From the human T2T-CHM13v2.0 reference genome, Homo sapiens: a stretch of DNA of 64,000 nucleotides. Below are positions 36,914-52,678 of the stretch, in pieces (the stretch's first letter is position 1; each line of letters starts with the position of its first letter). The translations under genes were made by a program, and so were the position numbers. The notes under the pieces are model-generated. The model was not told where the DNA came from. It was given only the letters and a program-made list of their open reading frames with translations, and ran no database searches. The stretch lies in NCBI RefSeq assembly GCF_009914755.1, contig NC_060925.1; one strand, written 5' to 3'.

Positions 36914-37748
36914 TGATCCGCCCGCCTTGGCCTCCCAAAGTGCTGGGATTACAGGCATGAGCCACCGTGCCTGGCCTCATTTTTGTAGTTTTAGTAGAGA
37001 CAGGATTTCACCATGTTGGCCAGGATGGTCTCGATCTCTTGACCTCGTGATCTGCCTGCCTCGGCCTCCCAAAGTGCTGGGATTACAGGCTTGAGCCACC
37101 GAGCCTGGCCTTACCTCCTCTTATGAAGTATAGATATAGTGGGTGGTCTCCAGGGATCCTGAGAGAAGTGTTCTGTATGAGCTATACCTGCTTTAAGTGC
37201 CTATGAAGCCATGTATAGACGGTGGAATTGGTCTATTTGGTTAAATTGCTTAGCAAGATAGAACATAATGACATTTTGCTGTGTTTCTGATATTCCACTT
37301 TAAGAGGCCAAGCTTGTAACAAAATAATAAAACTCTTAGCAAGATATCAGCATCATAGGGCACTATCCTTTTTCTTTACAGTAGTCATTTGGAACGCAGA
37401 AGAGGTATGGGAGGTGTGCTGGAGTGGTTTTTTTGGCCTATCACTGGAATGTAACTTCCCTCATGGTAGGGATTTTTGTCTGTTTTACTCATTGATGTAT
37501 CCCTAGAAGGATATCTTGCACAAAATAGTCCCTCAATAGATAGATTTTAAATGGATGCGTGAATATCAAGGAGATCACCTTTCTCTTTTCTATGCTGCCT
37601 ATCTTCTGAGGAGGGAAAAAAAAAGTCCTTTGTATTTCTGGAGGATAGATAAGACTATTTCTGATTTTACTTATTAACTCTGCTAATGGAGCAGACCATG
37701 TATTTGAAACTCTGCTACTTGTTATTCTTATTATAAATCTTAAGATTC

Positions 37749-37955
37749 TCTGTCTTACACATGTAAGTGGCAAATCTGTCTTACACATGTAAGTGGCAAT
37801 TTTAAATAACCAAATCAGATAAAATTTCCATGAGTTAAAACTTTTGTTAAAACAAGTGTCTTACACATGTTAAGTGGCAACTCTGTCTTACACATGTAAG
37901 TGGCAATTTTAAATAACCAAATCAGATAAAATTTCCATGAGTTAAAACTTTTGTT
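37749..37955. repeat. Nested tandem duplication: four copies of a 25-bp unit within a ~107-bp period repeated twice
   Basis: tctgtcttacacatgtaagtggcaa at 37749, 37775, ~37857 and 37882. Confidence 0.95.
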
Positions 37956-38264
37956 TAGTGGTATTTAAAATGTATCTAAAGACCAACAGTAAATCAACTG
38001 GGAGCTGCAAAGAATAAGAAGGAAGCTAGAATGTAGCATTTGCTCCTGAAAGCCACATGGTGACTAGATGTTGGACCCTTCATAAAATCTTTTGAACCTT
38101 GGACTTAATAGTTTTATTACTATCTATAAAACATATCTAGACTAAGAAATATTAACCCAGTTGCATTTGTAGTATAATAAAGTAACCTCTATAGTTGGGA
38201 GTAGCTTCTTTTTACAATTAATATACATCAGCGGTAACTCTCAATGACTGTACCCCAACTTTCT

Positions 38265-38480
38265 TTTTAATAAACTTTTAATTTTGGAATAGTTTCAGTT
38301 AGTGCAGGGAGTTCCTATATATACTTTACCCAGTTTCCCCTGACGTTAATATCTTATATAACCATGGTACATTTGTCAAAACTAAGAAATTACTACTAAC
38401 TAAACACAAGGCTTTATTTAGGTTTTCCACTAATATCCTTTTACCATTCCAGAATCTAATCCAGGATACTGCATCGAACC
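38265..38480 (-). mobile_element. L1M 3' fragment
   Basis: cccagtttcccctgacgttaatatcttatataaccatggtacatttgtcaaaactaagaaatt. Confidence 0.7.
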
Positions 38481-38566
38481 ATTTGGGGTCAGCTGGCTTA
38501 TTCAAGGGCTGTGTAACCTGTGTTCGAACTGTGTGTAACCTGTTCTTTGTTCTGCCTTTCCAACAG

Positions 38567-38795
38567 TATTCTCCGATTTTAAGGACTTGATTGGCCAGAT
38601 TTTAATGGAAGTGCTAATGATGTCCACTCAGACCAGAGATGAAAACCCATTTGCCAGTCTGACAGCCACATCACAGCCAATTGCTGCAGCAGCACGGTCA
38701 CCAGACAGAAATCTCTTGCTAAACACTGGCTCCAATCCAGGAACAAGCCCCATGTTCTGCAGCGTGGCTTCCTTTGGTGCCAGCTCTTTGTCTAG
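38567..38795 (+). CDS. UBE4B: UBE4B exon 6 (229 nt): [18 protein letters not shown]...FGASSLS
   Basis: aacag|TATTCTCC ... TCTAG|gtcagt; phase 1 to 2; overlaps ORF 38587..38838. Confidence 0.97.
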
Positions 38796-39247
38796 GTCAG
38801 TGTGGTTCTCTTTGCACATCTTACTGGTAGTAAAATAACTGTGAACTACGTAGGAGAAGGGAATGTTTGTTGACAGTGTTAATCAGTGTCATACAGGGTA
38901 TGGCATATATCATATTTGGGGAGGTGGATTTAGTCATTGGAAGTGGAATTCTCTTTTCTAGATTATTATTTTTTGGCTCTCTATGGTTAAGATATTGCTA
39001 GATGAAATTTTAGAAGCAGTTGGCTGTGTATACTACATCATTCTTCGAATGGGGACTTTATCGTCTTGTAAGTATAGCCTCTAGATCAATAGGGCAATTA
39101 GATTATAATTATTTAGATGTTTATCTGCTAGATATACTTGAACTGAAATGATTCTCCTTTAAAAGCTTGATATTTTCTGTTTTAGTTAGTTATCTCAAGT
39201 TTTTCTTTGATTTTTCTCTTCTTTCCTCCCTTTCTCAACTAATTTAG

Positions 39248-39634
39248 CCTCTATGAAAGTAGTCCGGCTCCCACTCCCAGTTTCTGGAGCTCTGTTCCCG
39301 TGATGGGCCCGTCTCTTGCCTCACCTTCCCGTGCAGCCAGCCAGTTGGCTGTGCCTTCCACTCCCCTCAGTCCTCACAGTGCAGCCTCTGGAACTGCTGC
39401 GGGAAGCCAGCCTTCATCCCCGCGGTATCGCCCCTACACTGTCACTCACCCATGGGCGTCCTCAGGCGTCTCCATTCTGTCGAGCTCCCCAAGTCCCCCT
39501 GCCCTCGCCAGTAGCCCCCAAGCAGTGCCCGCCAGCAGTTCCAGACAGAGGCCCAGCAGCACGGGTCCACCCCTACCACCCGCCTCACCCAGTGCCACGA
39601 GCAGACGCCCCTCCTCCCTGAGGATCTCTCCTAG
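39248..39634 (+). CDS. UBE4B: UBE4B cassette exon 7 (387 nt, 129 aa, Ser/Pro-rich)
   Basis: tttag|CCTCTATG ... CCTAG|gtattt; symmetric phase 2-2; overlaps ORF 39300..39770. Known to be absent from the short isoform. Confidence 0.96.
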
Positions 39635-39655
39635 GTATTTATCCCACAGGAGAGT

Positions 39656-39661
39656 TGCATG
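39656..39661 (+). promoter_or_regulatory. RBFOX motif UGCAUG just downstream of exon 7, followed by UGUGUG
   Basis: Exact hexamer 22 nt into intron 7. Confidence 0.65.
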
Positions 39662-40272
39662 TGTGTTTGCGGTGCAGGGAAAGGAGATTAACACGGTTTG
39701 GAAGAAGTGCTGTGTGACACTGACTCTGTTAAATTGTTGTTTTGGGTTATTAACCTGTGTGGCTAACTAGTTTGGTAGGCACGTACTCTGAGTCCATGCT
39801 TCTGCCAGGCTCTAATCATGCTGGAAAGTTTGGGTTGCTCTATTCTATTGTGAATCCCTTTCTTCCCTTTGAGAGTTGGGGCACACAGGAACCCTTTTTG
39901 GCCTTTTGTCCTGTTGCCAGTGGTAGTTGAAATGCTATCAGACCAAGCAGGTGTGGGAGCAAATCTGGGCCTGGTGTTTTTTACTTCTGGTGAGTGGGGT
40001 GGGTCGGTTCATGTCCTGACGTGTTGAGTTTTAGTTATATGTAAGTTCAGTCTCTTAGAAGGAAGCAGTATCAGAATTCCACTAATCCAGTGGCCCCTTC
40101 TCTCAAATGTACCTGTATGTGTTTCTATAATTTAGGTGAATTATGTTTCTGCATGTCAGTGGCCAAAAGTTTTAGTGTATGGTTTATTTAAAAGGACAGC
40201 AGTTGCAAAAGCTTCTCCCCGTCTTGTTTTTTCTTTGTTCTCTGATGGCCTTTTTTGCTTTTGTTGTGGTAG

Positions 40273-40425
40273 TATGTACGACAATCCTTTCTCCTTCCTC
40301 TTCCTCGCACTTTCTGGGGACAGTAGTGATGAAGAAGATGAAGAAGAAGATGATGATGATGGTGATGGTGATGATGAAGGTGGTGGTGGTGGTGATGATT
40401 TTTCTTGTGTCCAGTTTGGGTCCAG
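40273..40425 (+). CDS. UBE4B: UBE4B cassette exon 7a (153 nt, 51 aa): SMYDNPFSFLFLALSGDSSDEEDEEEDDDDGDGDDEGGGGGDDFSCVQFGS; striated-muscle isoform UFD2a-7/7a
   Basis: tggtag|TATGTACG ... TCCAG|gtatca; phase 2-2, open frame (ORF 40136..40495). Fits the muscle-specific exon 7a isoform I recall from the literature. Confidence 0.88.
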
Positions 40426-40451
40426 GTATCAGAGGAATGGAGTCTTACCCC

Positions 40452-40496
40452 TGCATGTGCGTAGATGCTTAGGAACTAACTTCTATAAGCTCTAAC
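40452..40496 (+). promoter_or_regulatory. Intronic splicing-enhancer candidate downstream of exon 7a: UGCAUG plus QKI element ACUAAC-N12-UAAC
   Basis: TGCATG 40452-40457, ACTAAC 40475-40480, TAAC 40493-40496. Confidence 0.7.
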
Positions 40497-40647
40497 AAGG
40501 GGCGTGCTTTGAATCCAGGCAGGATAGGGTCAAATGAGGTGGGCTCCAGAGTATATTGATGTGTTCAGACCTTCTCATGGGATAAAGTAGCACATAGGAG
40601 AATTTTCTTTTTTTCTTTCTTTCTTTCTTTTTTTTTTTTTTTTTTGA

Positions 40648-40998
<351 letters not shown>

Positions 40999-41653
40999 TG
41001 AAAACAGATTAAAGATCAGTCATCAAGTTTATCCACCTTTAGATCTAAAATGAGGGACCCTTCATTTATCTATTGCGAGAATGTTATTGTGAACTACCAG
41101 ATGTGACAACTTGTACTCTCTGAGGCATGTTTTCTTAAGTACAGTTGCATGAATTGCTGCTATTTAGTAACGGGAGAGGGGCTGGGATTTGGGGGAGGTG
41201 TGTGTGTGTGTGTGTGTGCGTGCGTGCTCCCTTCCCACCCCCTCCCAGCCTCCACCGCCCCCCTGTTCACCCCCATTGAGCTCAGTCTGGGCAATCCATC
41301 GAAGAACATATGAGGTCATACCATCTGCATAACTGTGACTTTGCTTTCATGTCTAGCCTTAAATTTCTCTTAGCACCTCCTGGACCTCAGTGAAGCCAGA
41401 CCCCATTTGTTTAAAGAGCCTTTGAAATGACCGCAGAGGCTGAAACATAGTTCCGGATGTTGCTGAATGTTTACCCCTGGAAACCGAGTGAAAAGCACTA
41501 CTTGGGTTGTGTAGGTGACTTTGAGCAAGAGAATATAATAGCACCTTCTTTCTAATCCTCTGACTCATTGTCTTACAATTTTGCTCTTAAATTGAAGTTT
41601 CCTGTGGACTGAGTTGGTGTTTGTGCCCAGCACTGTTCAAAAATAACTCCAGG

Positions 41654-41663
41654 CTATAAATAG
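41654..41663. promoter_or_regulatory. MEF2 consensus site CTATAAATAG
   Basis: Exact YTA(W)4TAR match in non-repetitive sequence; function untested. Confidence 0.35.
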
Positions 41664-42669
41664 AGACTGCAGTAGGAGTTAGGTACACTTCATTCAATTC
41701 GATGGTGTTCAGAAGAATCATTAGAGAATACGTAAAGAGACAGAGGAATGTTGATGCAAGGTTGAATATTGATTCAGGAAGGTTGATATTTGTATTACGC
41801 TGAACATTTTATCACCATTTCTCAAGTAAATTTCCCAAAGGTGAAAGTGTCTTTTTCACGTAGATAAAATCCTATTGCATGATTATAGTAATAAAGCAGG
41901 CATCCTTCCTAGGAACCAGTTTCCACATGGTAAAAGTGCTGTGTTACCTGTTTTACTGTAAATTTTCTGTGGGAGAAATTCTCTCTCCCTGGCCTATTTA
42001 GTTGTGACTTTCTCTAACAACCGTATCAGATTGTGTGCTGCTTTTACTAATACCTCTCTTTCTGGACTTCTAACACCCCAGCCTTGCCTCAGATCTAAAT
42101 TCTCTCCCTACTAGGAGGAATAAAATGTACCAAGTGTATAAAAATAGCTGCAAATACTCATGGAGCATTGTGCGCCAGATGTGGTGTCAGCTCTGTCCAT
42201 GTATCAGCCCCTTTACTCCTCGCTGTAGCCTGCTGTGAGGAAGTGGCAGGGGGAACGGGGGGGCCGGGGGGACAGACAAGAGGGTCAAAATCATAGAAAT
42301 GCATTCAGACTTGAGCATCCTGAATCCAGACTCATGTTCACCACCGCACCGTGCTGCCACCCACTTTTCCATTTCTGCCCAAATAGGTCTTGTTTGTTCT
42401 TGTTCCTTACTACTGTTTTTGCTGCCGAGAGTCTGTGCATCTACTCGGTTCCTTTGGCAGGGAAGTGCCAGCATTTCACTCCTTAATTACAAAATGCCAT
42501 CCCAGTCAGTTGATATGTCCCTTGTTGGCCGTTACAGTGAACTGTGATCATCCAGATTTTGGCAGCTTATAGGTTCTTAGTTGATATAAAAAAGAATGCC
42601 AAAGCATGGGTAAAAATACATGACATAACTATGTAAACAAGTAGAAGAACTTAGGGTTCTTCTAAGTAG

Positions 42670-43083
<414 letters not shown>

Positions 43084-43896
43084 TAGTACTTTATCCTTCC
43101 CCCTTTCTCATTGATCTTCCCAGAATTTTTTTACTCTGAAGTAAGCAATTTTAACACTCACTTCTTGCCTGGTAAGACTAATGTCATAGAAGAAAGAATC
43201 ATCAGGGGTTGGATCGCTCTCTCCATCTGCTGGCCCAGTGGATTCGATGTCTTATAAATCTTTTTGGAAGTAGTTGGGACATACATTTATATGTTAAGTA
43301 TTTATAGGGGTGATGATAAGGATTAATTTTAAAAAGGTAAAACATTCCTTCTGTAATGTTTTGCAGACTTCTGAGAAAAGAACTGTTTGAGATATAAAGA
43401 ACTGCTTTTTGCGCGAGTGGCATAAATGAGTGAAGTGAGAATTACCGTGTGTGAAAAGATAACTGTTGGGTGGTGGGCTTAATGCATGGGTGATGAAATA
43501 ATCTGTACAGCAAACCTCCTGTAACAGACCTTCATATGTACCCCCAAACCTAAAATAAAAGTTAATAAAAATCAATAAATCAATAAATAAAAGCTGGAAG
43601 TTGATCTGAAAAAAAAAATTACCCCATGGTAAAGGTACCGCAGAAGTTATCCGGAGGAAAATGTTTCTAATTGTTTCCTAGGAAGTTGATGACTAGAAAG
43701 AAATTTGGTGGTTTTGTGTTTGTTTTTTAACTGTAAATATTTCAGTGAAGGAGGTCAAATCTTGAATGTCACAAGCCTTATATGAGTAGAGAAAGGGAAA
43801 ATTAGTGAATAGTGAAAAACGTTGACATTGACTCTCCTGTTTTTGCTGATTGTCACTGCTTGGGGTTGAAACATAGAAACAGTGGAAAAGAAATCA

Positions 43897-44244
<348 letters not shown>

Positions 44245-44715
44245 TCACGTACACTCCACATACTACACACACACACACCACGCGCTACACACACACCCCC
44301 ACACCAAGCATACATGCACATACGTGCCCCATTCTAACTTAATCTCCCTCTACTTGTCTACTTCCCCTAACTCATGTACTGGACTCCTGTTCTTTGCACG
44401 TAATACTCCCTCCTGCCTTAGGCCTTTGTACTTGTTTCTCCCCTTCGGACCACTCTCCCCACTAGACAGCTGTATGGCCGGCTCCCTCACTCTCCTCAGG
44501 TCTATCAGAGGGTGGCCACTGACCTCATTGTCTCAAACATTATATAGAACACACACGCACCCATGCACGCACACCGTCGTTCTTCATCCGCCTGGTTCCG
44601 TGCACTATTCCAGGACCTACAGCAGTGCCTAGAACACAGAACATCCATTAGCAACATTTGTTTAATGAATTTATAGTGCCTAAACCTGCACAACTCTGAC
44701 TTTGCCTTGCTATTA

Positions 44716-44862
<147 letters not shown>

Positions 44863-44865
44863 CTA

Positions 44866-45105
<240 letters not shown>

Positions 45106-45340
45106 TTAAGAGCAAGTTTTGTTAGTGCATTTAAAATGGGATTCAGTCTGCACAGATCGGATGCACGTGTAATCCCTAGGCACATTTACATTGTGTTTTC
45201 AGAAGGATGCAGCTCTGTTTCTATTATGTGAAGTAATTACTTGGTTACATTGGACTGCTAATGTAGTTATCAGAAAGTGGTTTGCATATTCTCCCAGAGG
45301 GAGGTATAATTTTCTAGATGCTCTTAGGACTTCAATATGA

Positions 45341-45856
<516 letters not shown>

Positions 45857-46061
45857 TAACGCTTGTATTAGTGAAACTGGCCACTTTTCTTACTTGTGAT
45901 CATGATTTACTCTGGCACCTTTAGGATTAATATTATAATTTTGAAACACATTGACAAATACTGAGGTTGATGCTACATTTCCTGTTTGGTTAAAGCTTTG
46001 TTTAACTCCCCCCATCTGCCGCCTTGCAAGTCAGCTTGTTTGGTGCCTGGCTGGTGATCAC

Positions 46062-46465
46062 TGTGTTAGTCCATTTGCATTGCCATACAGAAAGGGTAAT
46101 TTATAATGAAAAGAGGTTTAATTGGCTCATGGTACCTCAGGCTGTTCAAGAAGCATGACACCAGCATCTGCTTCTTGTGAGGGCCTCAGAAAGCTTCCAG
46201 TCATGGCAGGAGGTGAAAGGGGAGCAGGCAGGTCACATGGCGAGAGCAGGAGCAACAGAGAGGAGGAGGATGTCCCAGACTCTTTTAAACAACCAGATCT
46301 CACGTGAACTCACTGAGTGAGAACTCACTCATCACCAGGGGGATGTTGCTAAGGCATTGGTGAGGGATCTGCCCCCATGATCCAGTCACCTCCCACTAGG
46401 CCCGTGCTCCAACACTGGGGACTGCATTTCAATGTGAGATTTGGACAAACATCCCAACCATATCA
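46062..46465 (-). mobile_element. MST-family MaLR solo LTR with perfect 5-bp TSD
   Basis: TG...CA ends; ATCAC at 46057-46061 and 46466-46470; gggtaatttataatgaaaagaggtttaattggctca motif. Confidence 0.88.
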
Positions 46466-46920
46466 ATCACCAAAACACACTGAGCTCTTTTAGCTTTGAA
46501 CATTCTCTCATAGATCCTGAGTGCCTTTCCTTGCATTGCCTGGCACAAGAAAAGCAATCGTCTACATAGTCTTCTACATACATTGTCACTTTTCATGTGT
46601 GAGTGCACGGTTTGTGAAAATATTTCAAGTGGCAGTGAGGGTTTCAAATTTAAGTTAAAATGAAGTCGGATGTATTGCTAGGAATGGGAGTAATTTCAGT
46701 GGCAGTTGCATGAGCCAGCGCCATCTAAGCCTGCTGAGTTCACAGGCACGCTCACATGCTGGCTGGGGGTGCTGCATCAGACTGAGGCCTGGCAGCTGGC
46801 AAGGACCTATTGACATCAAACATAAGATGCTTTTCGGCCGGACGCAGTGGCTCACGCCTGTAATCCTAGCCCTTTGGGAGGCCGAAATGGGTAGATCATG
46901 AGGTCAGGAGATCGAGATCA

Positions 46921-47219
<299 letters not shown>

Positions 47220-47719
47220 TCATTTTAAACATGAAGAAGATCTATTTTCATTGTCATCTGCAAGAGCTGTTCATAGGAAAATTACCCTCAATTGTGTGTA
47301 GGTACAAGCCTGTTTTAGCAAAGTTCATCCTTGCAAAGTGCAGTGAATATAGTCACTGAGTTATGAATGTTAGCAGCAGAGGAGGGATCGCAGGTCTTGA
47401 AACTAACTAAAATTGCTACAAGCAAAGATAGATATTTATTTTTTCCTTTCGGGGGGTTCCCTGCACTTCTCTCATTGGTTGATGGCTTTTTCTGTTTGTT
47501 CTAGTGTGTGTTTTTCCTGTGCTTTATTACAGTACTCACTTTTCAGTTATCAAGCCAGTCAGCAGATACCAGATCCTGCCATTAATTAATAAAGTATACC
47601 AAAAAATTAGTTGCTATAAAGACACAATAATTGGCCAGGTGCTGTGGCTCACACCTGTAATCCCAGCACTTTGTGAGGCTGAGGCAGATGGATCATTTGA
47701 GGTCAGGAGTTTGAGACTA

Positions 47720-47950
<231 letters not shown>

Positions 47951-48215
47951 TTAAGGGATCCCACACGGACCTGCCCAGCCTTGTCATGACTCTGGCGAGG
48001 GCTTTGTAGGTGGCTTAGTTACCTACTCAGTCGGCAGGGAGTTGGCTGCCTTGTTCCTTTGACTGCTTCTCAGCCTCATTGTCTCCCTTTGCTTTCACCT
48101 GTCAGGCCTATGTTATAGGTTGTTGGAGTTCAAATTTACTAGACTCTGGGCTGAACGCCTTGAATTTCAAAGTAGCATTGTTTCTCCTTCTTACTGAAAT
48201 ACTTTAATACCATAC

Positions 48216-49493
48216 TTTTTTTTTTTTTTTTTTTAATAGCAGGCCAGGCTGGTCTCGAACTCCTGACCTCAAGTGATCTGCCCGCCTTGGCCTCCCAAAA
48301 GTGCTGGGATTACAGGCATGAGCCACCGTGCCCAGCAAATATCATAGTCGCTCTCTTGCCCAGGCTGGAGTGCAGTTGTGTGATCTCAGCTCACAGCAGC
48401 CTCTGCCTCCCGGGATTTAAGAGATTCTCCTGCCTCAGCCTCCCAAGTAGCTGGGATTACAGGCACACGCCACCATGCCTGGCTAATTTTTTTGTATTTT
48501 TAGTTGAGATAGGGTTTCACCATGTTGGTCAGGCTGGTCTCCAACTCCTATACCTCAAGTGATCCACCTACCTTAGCCTCCCAAAGTGCTGGGATTACAG
48601 GCTTGAGCCACCGCGTTTGGCCAATATCATACCTGTATTCCAAGGTCAATTATGTGTAGTTTTCCAAAGTCTAAGGACAATGATGTCCATACAGACATGT
48701 GTCCTTTAACGAGAGGGATACATTCTGAGAAATGGATCGTTAGGCAGATTGGTCATTGTGTGAACATCATAGAGTATACTTACACAACCTAGATCATACA
48801 GCCTACTACACACCTAGGCTATGTGATATATAGCCTGTTTCTCTTAGGCTACAAACCTGTACTGCATGTTAGTGTACTGAACACTCTAGGCAATTAGATG
48901 CTTATGCCAATTATGGTGAGTATTTGTGTATCTAAACATGTCTAAACATAGAAAAGATACAGTAAAAATATGGCATTATAACCTTGTGGGACCACTAGGG
49001 TATATTTGGTCCATCACAGAGTGAAATGTTGTTATGTGGCGCATGTGTTACAAATGTGTTCCAAAATTAGTTATGCATATCTATCTGTCTGTAAAACATG
49101 TCAATTCCTCTTGGTCCTGTTAGTTTCTAGACATTAATTGTGTGTCCTGGGTTGAAGTAGGGATGTGTCTCTCACATTCCTGATGTTCCCATACTTTTTT
49201 TCTTTTATTTTAGGACAGCGTCTCTCTTTGTCGCCCAGGCAGGAGTGCAGTGGCATGATCTCGGATCACTGCAACAACCTCCTCCCACGGTCAAGTGATT
49301 CTTGTGCCTCAGCCTCCTGAGTGGCTGGGATTACAGACGTGTGCCACCACGCCCAACAAATTTTTGTATTTTTAGTAGAAACAGGGTTTCGCCCTGTTGG
49401 TCAGGCTGGTCTTGAACTCCTGGCCTCAAGTGATCCACCTGCCTTGGTGTACGAAAGTGCTGGGATTACAGGCATGAGCTACCATACCCGGCC
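48216..49493 (-). mobile_element. Rearranged Alu ~48216-48622 and Alu ~49195-49493
   Basis: Alu consensus. Confidence 0.85.
48692..49048. mobile_element. Tigger3/MER7-like TcMar DNA transposon relic
   Basis: ta|cagacatgtgt...gatacattctgagaaatg...atagcctgtttctcttaggctacaaacctgtac. Confidence 0.8.
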
Positions 49494-50507
49494 ATATTAC
49501 CATCCTTTATCATCTTCTGTATGTAGGTTTTTTGCCAAGTTTATGTTTTCTCATTTTCTTCATTTCAGTACTCCTTACTTTTTCCTGTCGTAATTAATCC
49601 GTATGTGTCTTTTATGTATATCAAATCCGTTTGTGAGTTAAACACCAGATTTGTTATGTGGCCTGTCAATGGTTGATTTTAACTTTGTTTAATGTCCTCA
49701 AATTTAACCCTTGTGCTTATGTTTGGTTTTTATCTCAGAGGATAGTTACTACTAACATAACAGTGCTTCACAGTATAGACTGCTGATATTTTACAAAGCA
49801 CCTCCACATTATTTCATTAAAACCCCACTGCAAAAGAGATGGAGGTTCTAGCTTCAGGTAACAAGTAAGCAGTGGGGTTGAGACTAGAACCCACGTCTGG
49901 TTACTCCTAGTACAATATTTTTGTTTTGTCTTTTACTATACTACTTTACCTTTTTCACTGATAGTTTTAGAGTTTTTATGTCGATAGCAAATATGTTCAT
50001 GTCTCCTCCTAACTGGAGAGTTTCTTAACCTTTGGTTCTATTGCCAAATGTTAGATGAGGGCTTTTGAGATCCATGGTAGAAGTCACAAAGATGAGGGCT
50101 ATTTTGTCAGTCCCTTATAACTTTTCCCCCAAAGAGTTTGATTACAGCAGTAGCATAGTCTGGCTTTAACCTACAGCCCTCTGAGTGATGCCATTCTTTT
50201 TGGTTAAAGTACCTGTGATGTCCCTTCCAATGCTTAACACTTGGTACCAGTTCTTAGTGCTTCTGGTTTTCTAAGTTGCCACCTGCAGTAAGAAGCAGCC
50301 CTTCTTAGGTCCCTGAAATGTTACCAAAAGTTACTATTGTTGGCTTTGGAGCAGGTGAAACAAGCAGTCAGGGTGGATCTTGGCCGCATGGGTGTTTGTG
50401 CTTTGTTATGTGTACAGGGATCCTAACAGGCTTTCTGCTGCAGAAATGCAAACTCTGCCAAAAATAATCAAGAGATAAGAATCAGAATTTCTTCTTGTCT
50501 TCTCTGA

Positions 50508-50657
<150 letters not shown>

Positions 50658-51302
50658 TGAAATGGATTAACTTAAAAAAAAAAAAGCCTAGTTATTTGTT
50701 TGATTATCCCCACCCCTGGAGCATTCATTGATTTATTCAATCAGTAAAGCAATTATTGAGCATTTGCCATGTGCCAGGCACAATACTAGGAACTTAGGAT
50801 GTGTCGATGAACAAAACAGAGATCCCTGCCCTCGTGGAACTCACATTCTAATAGAGACAGAGCCAAGGTTTGAACCTAGATGGCCTGGCTTCAGAGTCCT
50901 CTCTTGACCACACTGTAGCTCGGTACCGCCAGTGACTCATATGGCCCTGATAATTCTACTGCTTTGTTATAATAACCAACATTATAGAGCCTCTGTAGAT
51001 TGCCAAGGACTGTGCCAGGTCGACATTAGCTTGTATCCTCAGTTGCTCTGTTAGTGCAGTGGAACCCGGTATAACATAGGCATTCTTTTTTCAACGTATG
51101 ACTAAGCAAATGACTCTCAGAGAGATTAAGTACTTGTCCAGAATCACGTAAATAATAAGTTGCAAGGCTGGGCTTAAACTCAGTAAGCTACCCTTTTCCC
51201 ATCACTTCTCTTGACTGGCTTCATTGTTTTCTCATTTTATTCCTATTTCATTTTCTGATTTTAATTTTACGTTAGAAACGAACCTCGTTGCCCACTGGTT
51301 AG

Positions 51303-52678
<1,376 letters not shown>

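Noticed and set aside
37749-37955. CRISPR-like palindromic repeat array
   Set aside because: Human intron, identical intervening sequences, no cas genes; a nested tandem duplication explains it
39316-39694. Alternative-frame and antisense ORFs over exon 7
   Set aside because: Expected by-product of GC-rich coding sequence with few stop codons
40426-40433. Possible U12-type donor (GTATC) after exon 7a
   Set aside because: Reads GTATCAGA, not GTATCCTT; treated as a weak U2 donor
40179-40472. ORF with poly-Met/Val/Lys
   Set aside because: Out-of-frame reading of the exon 7a trinucleotide runs
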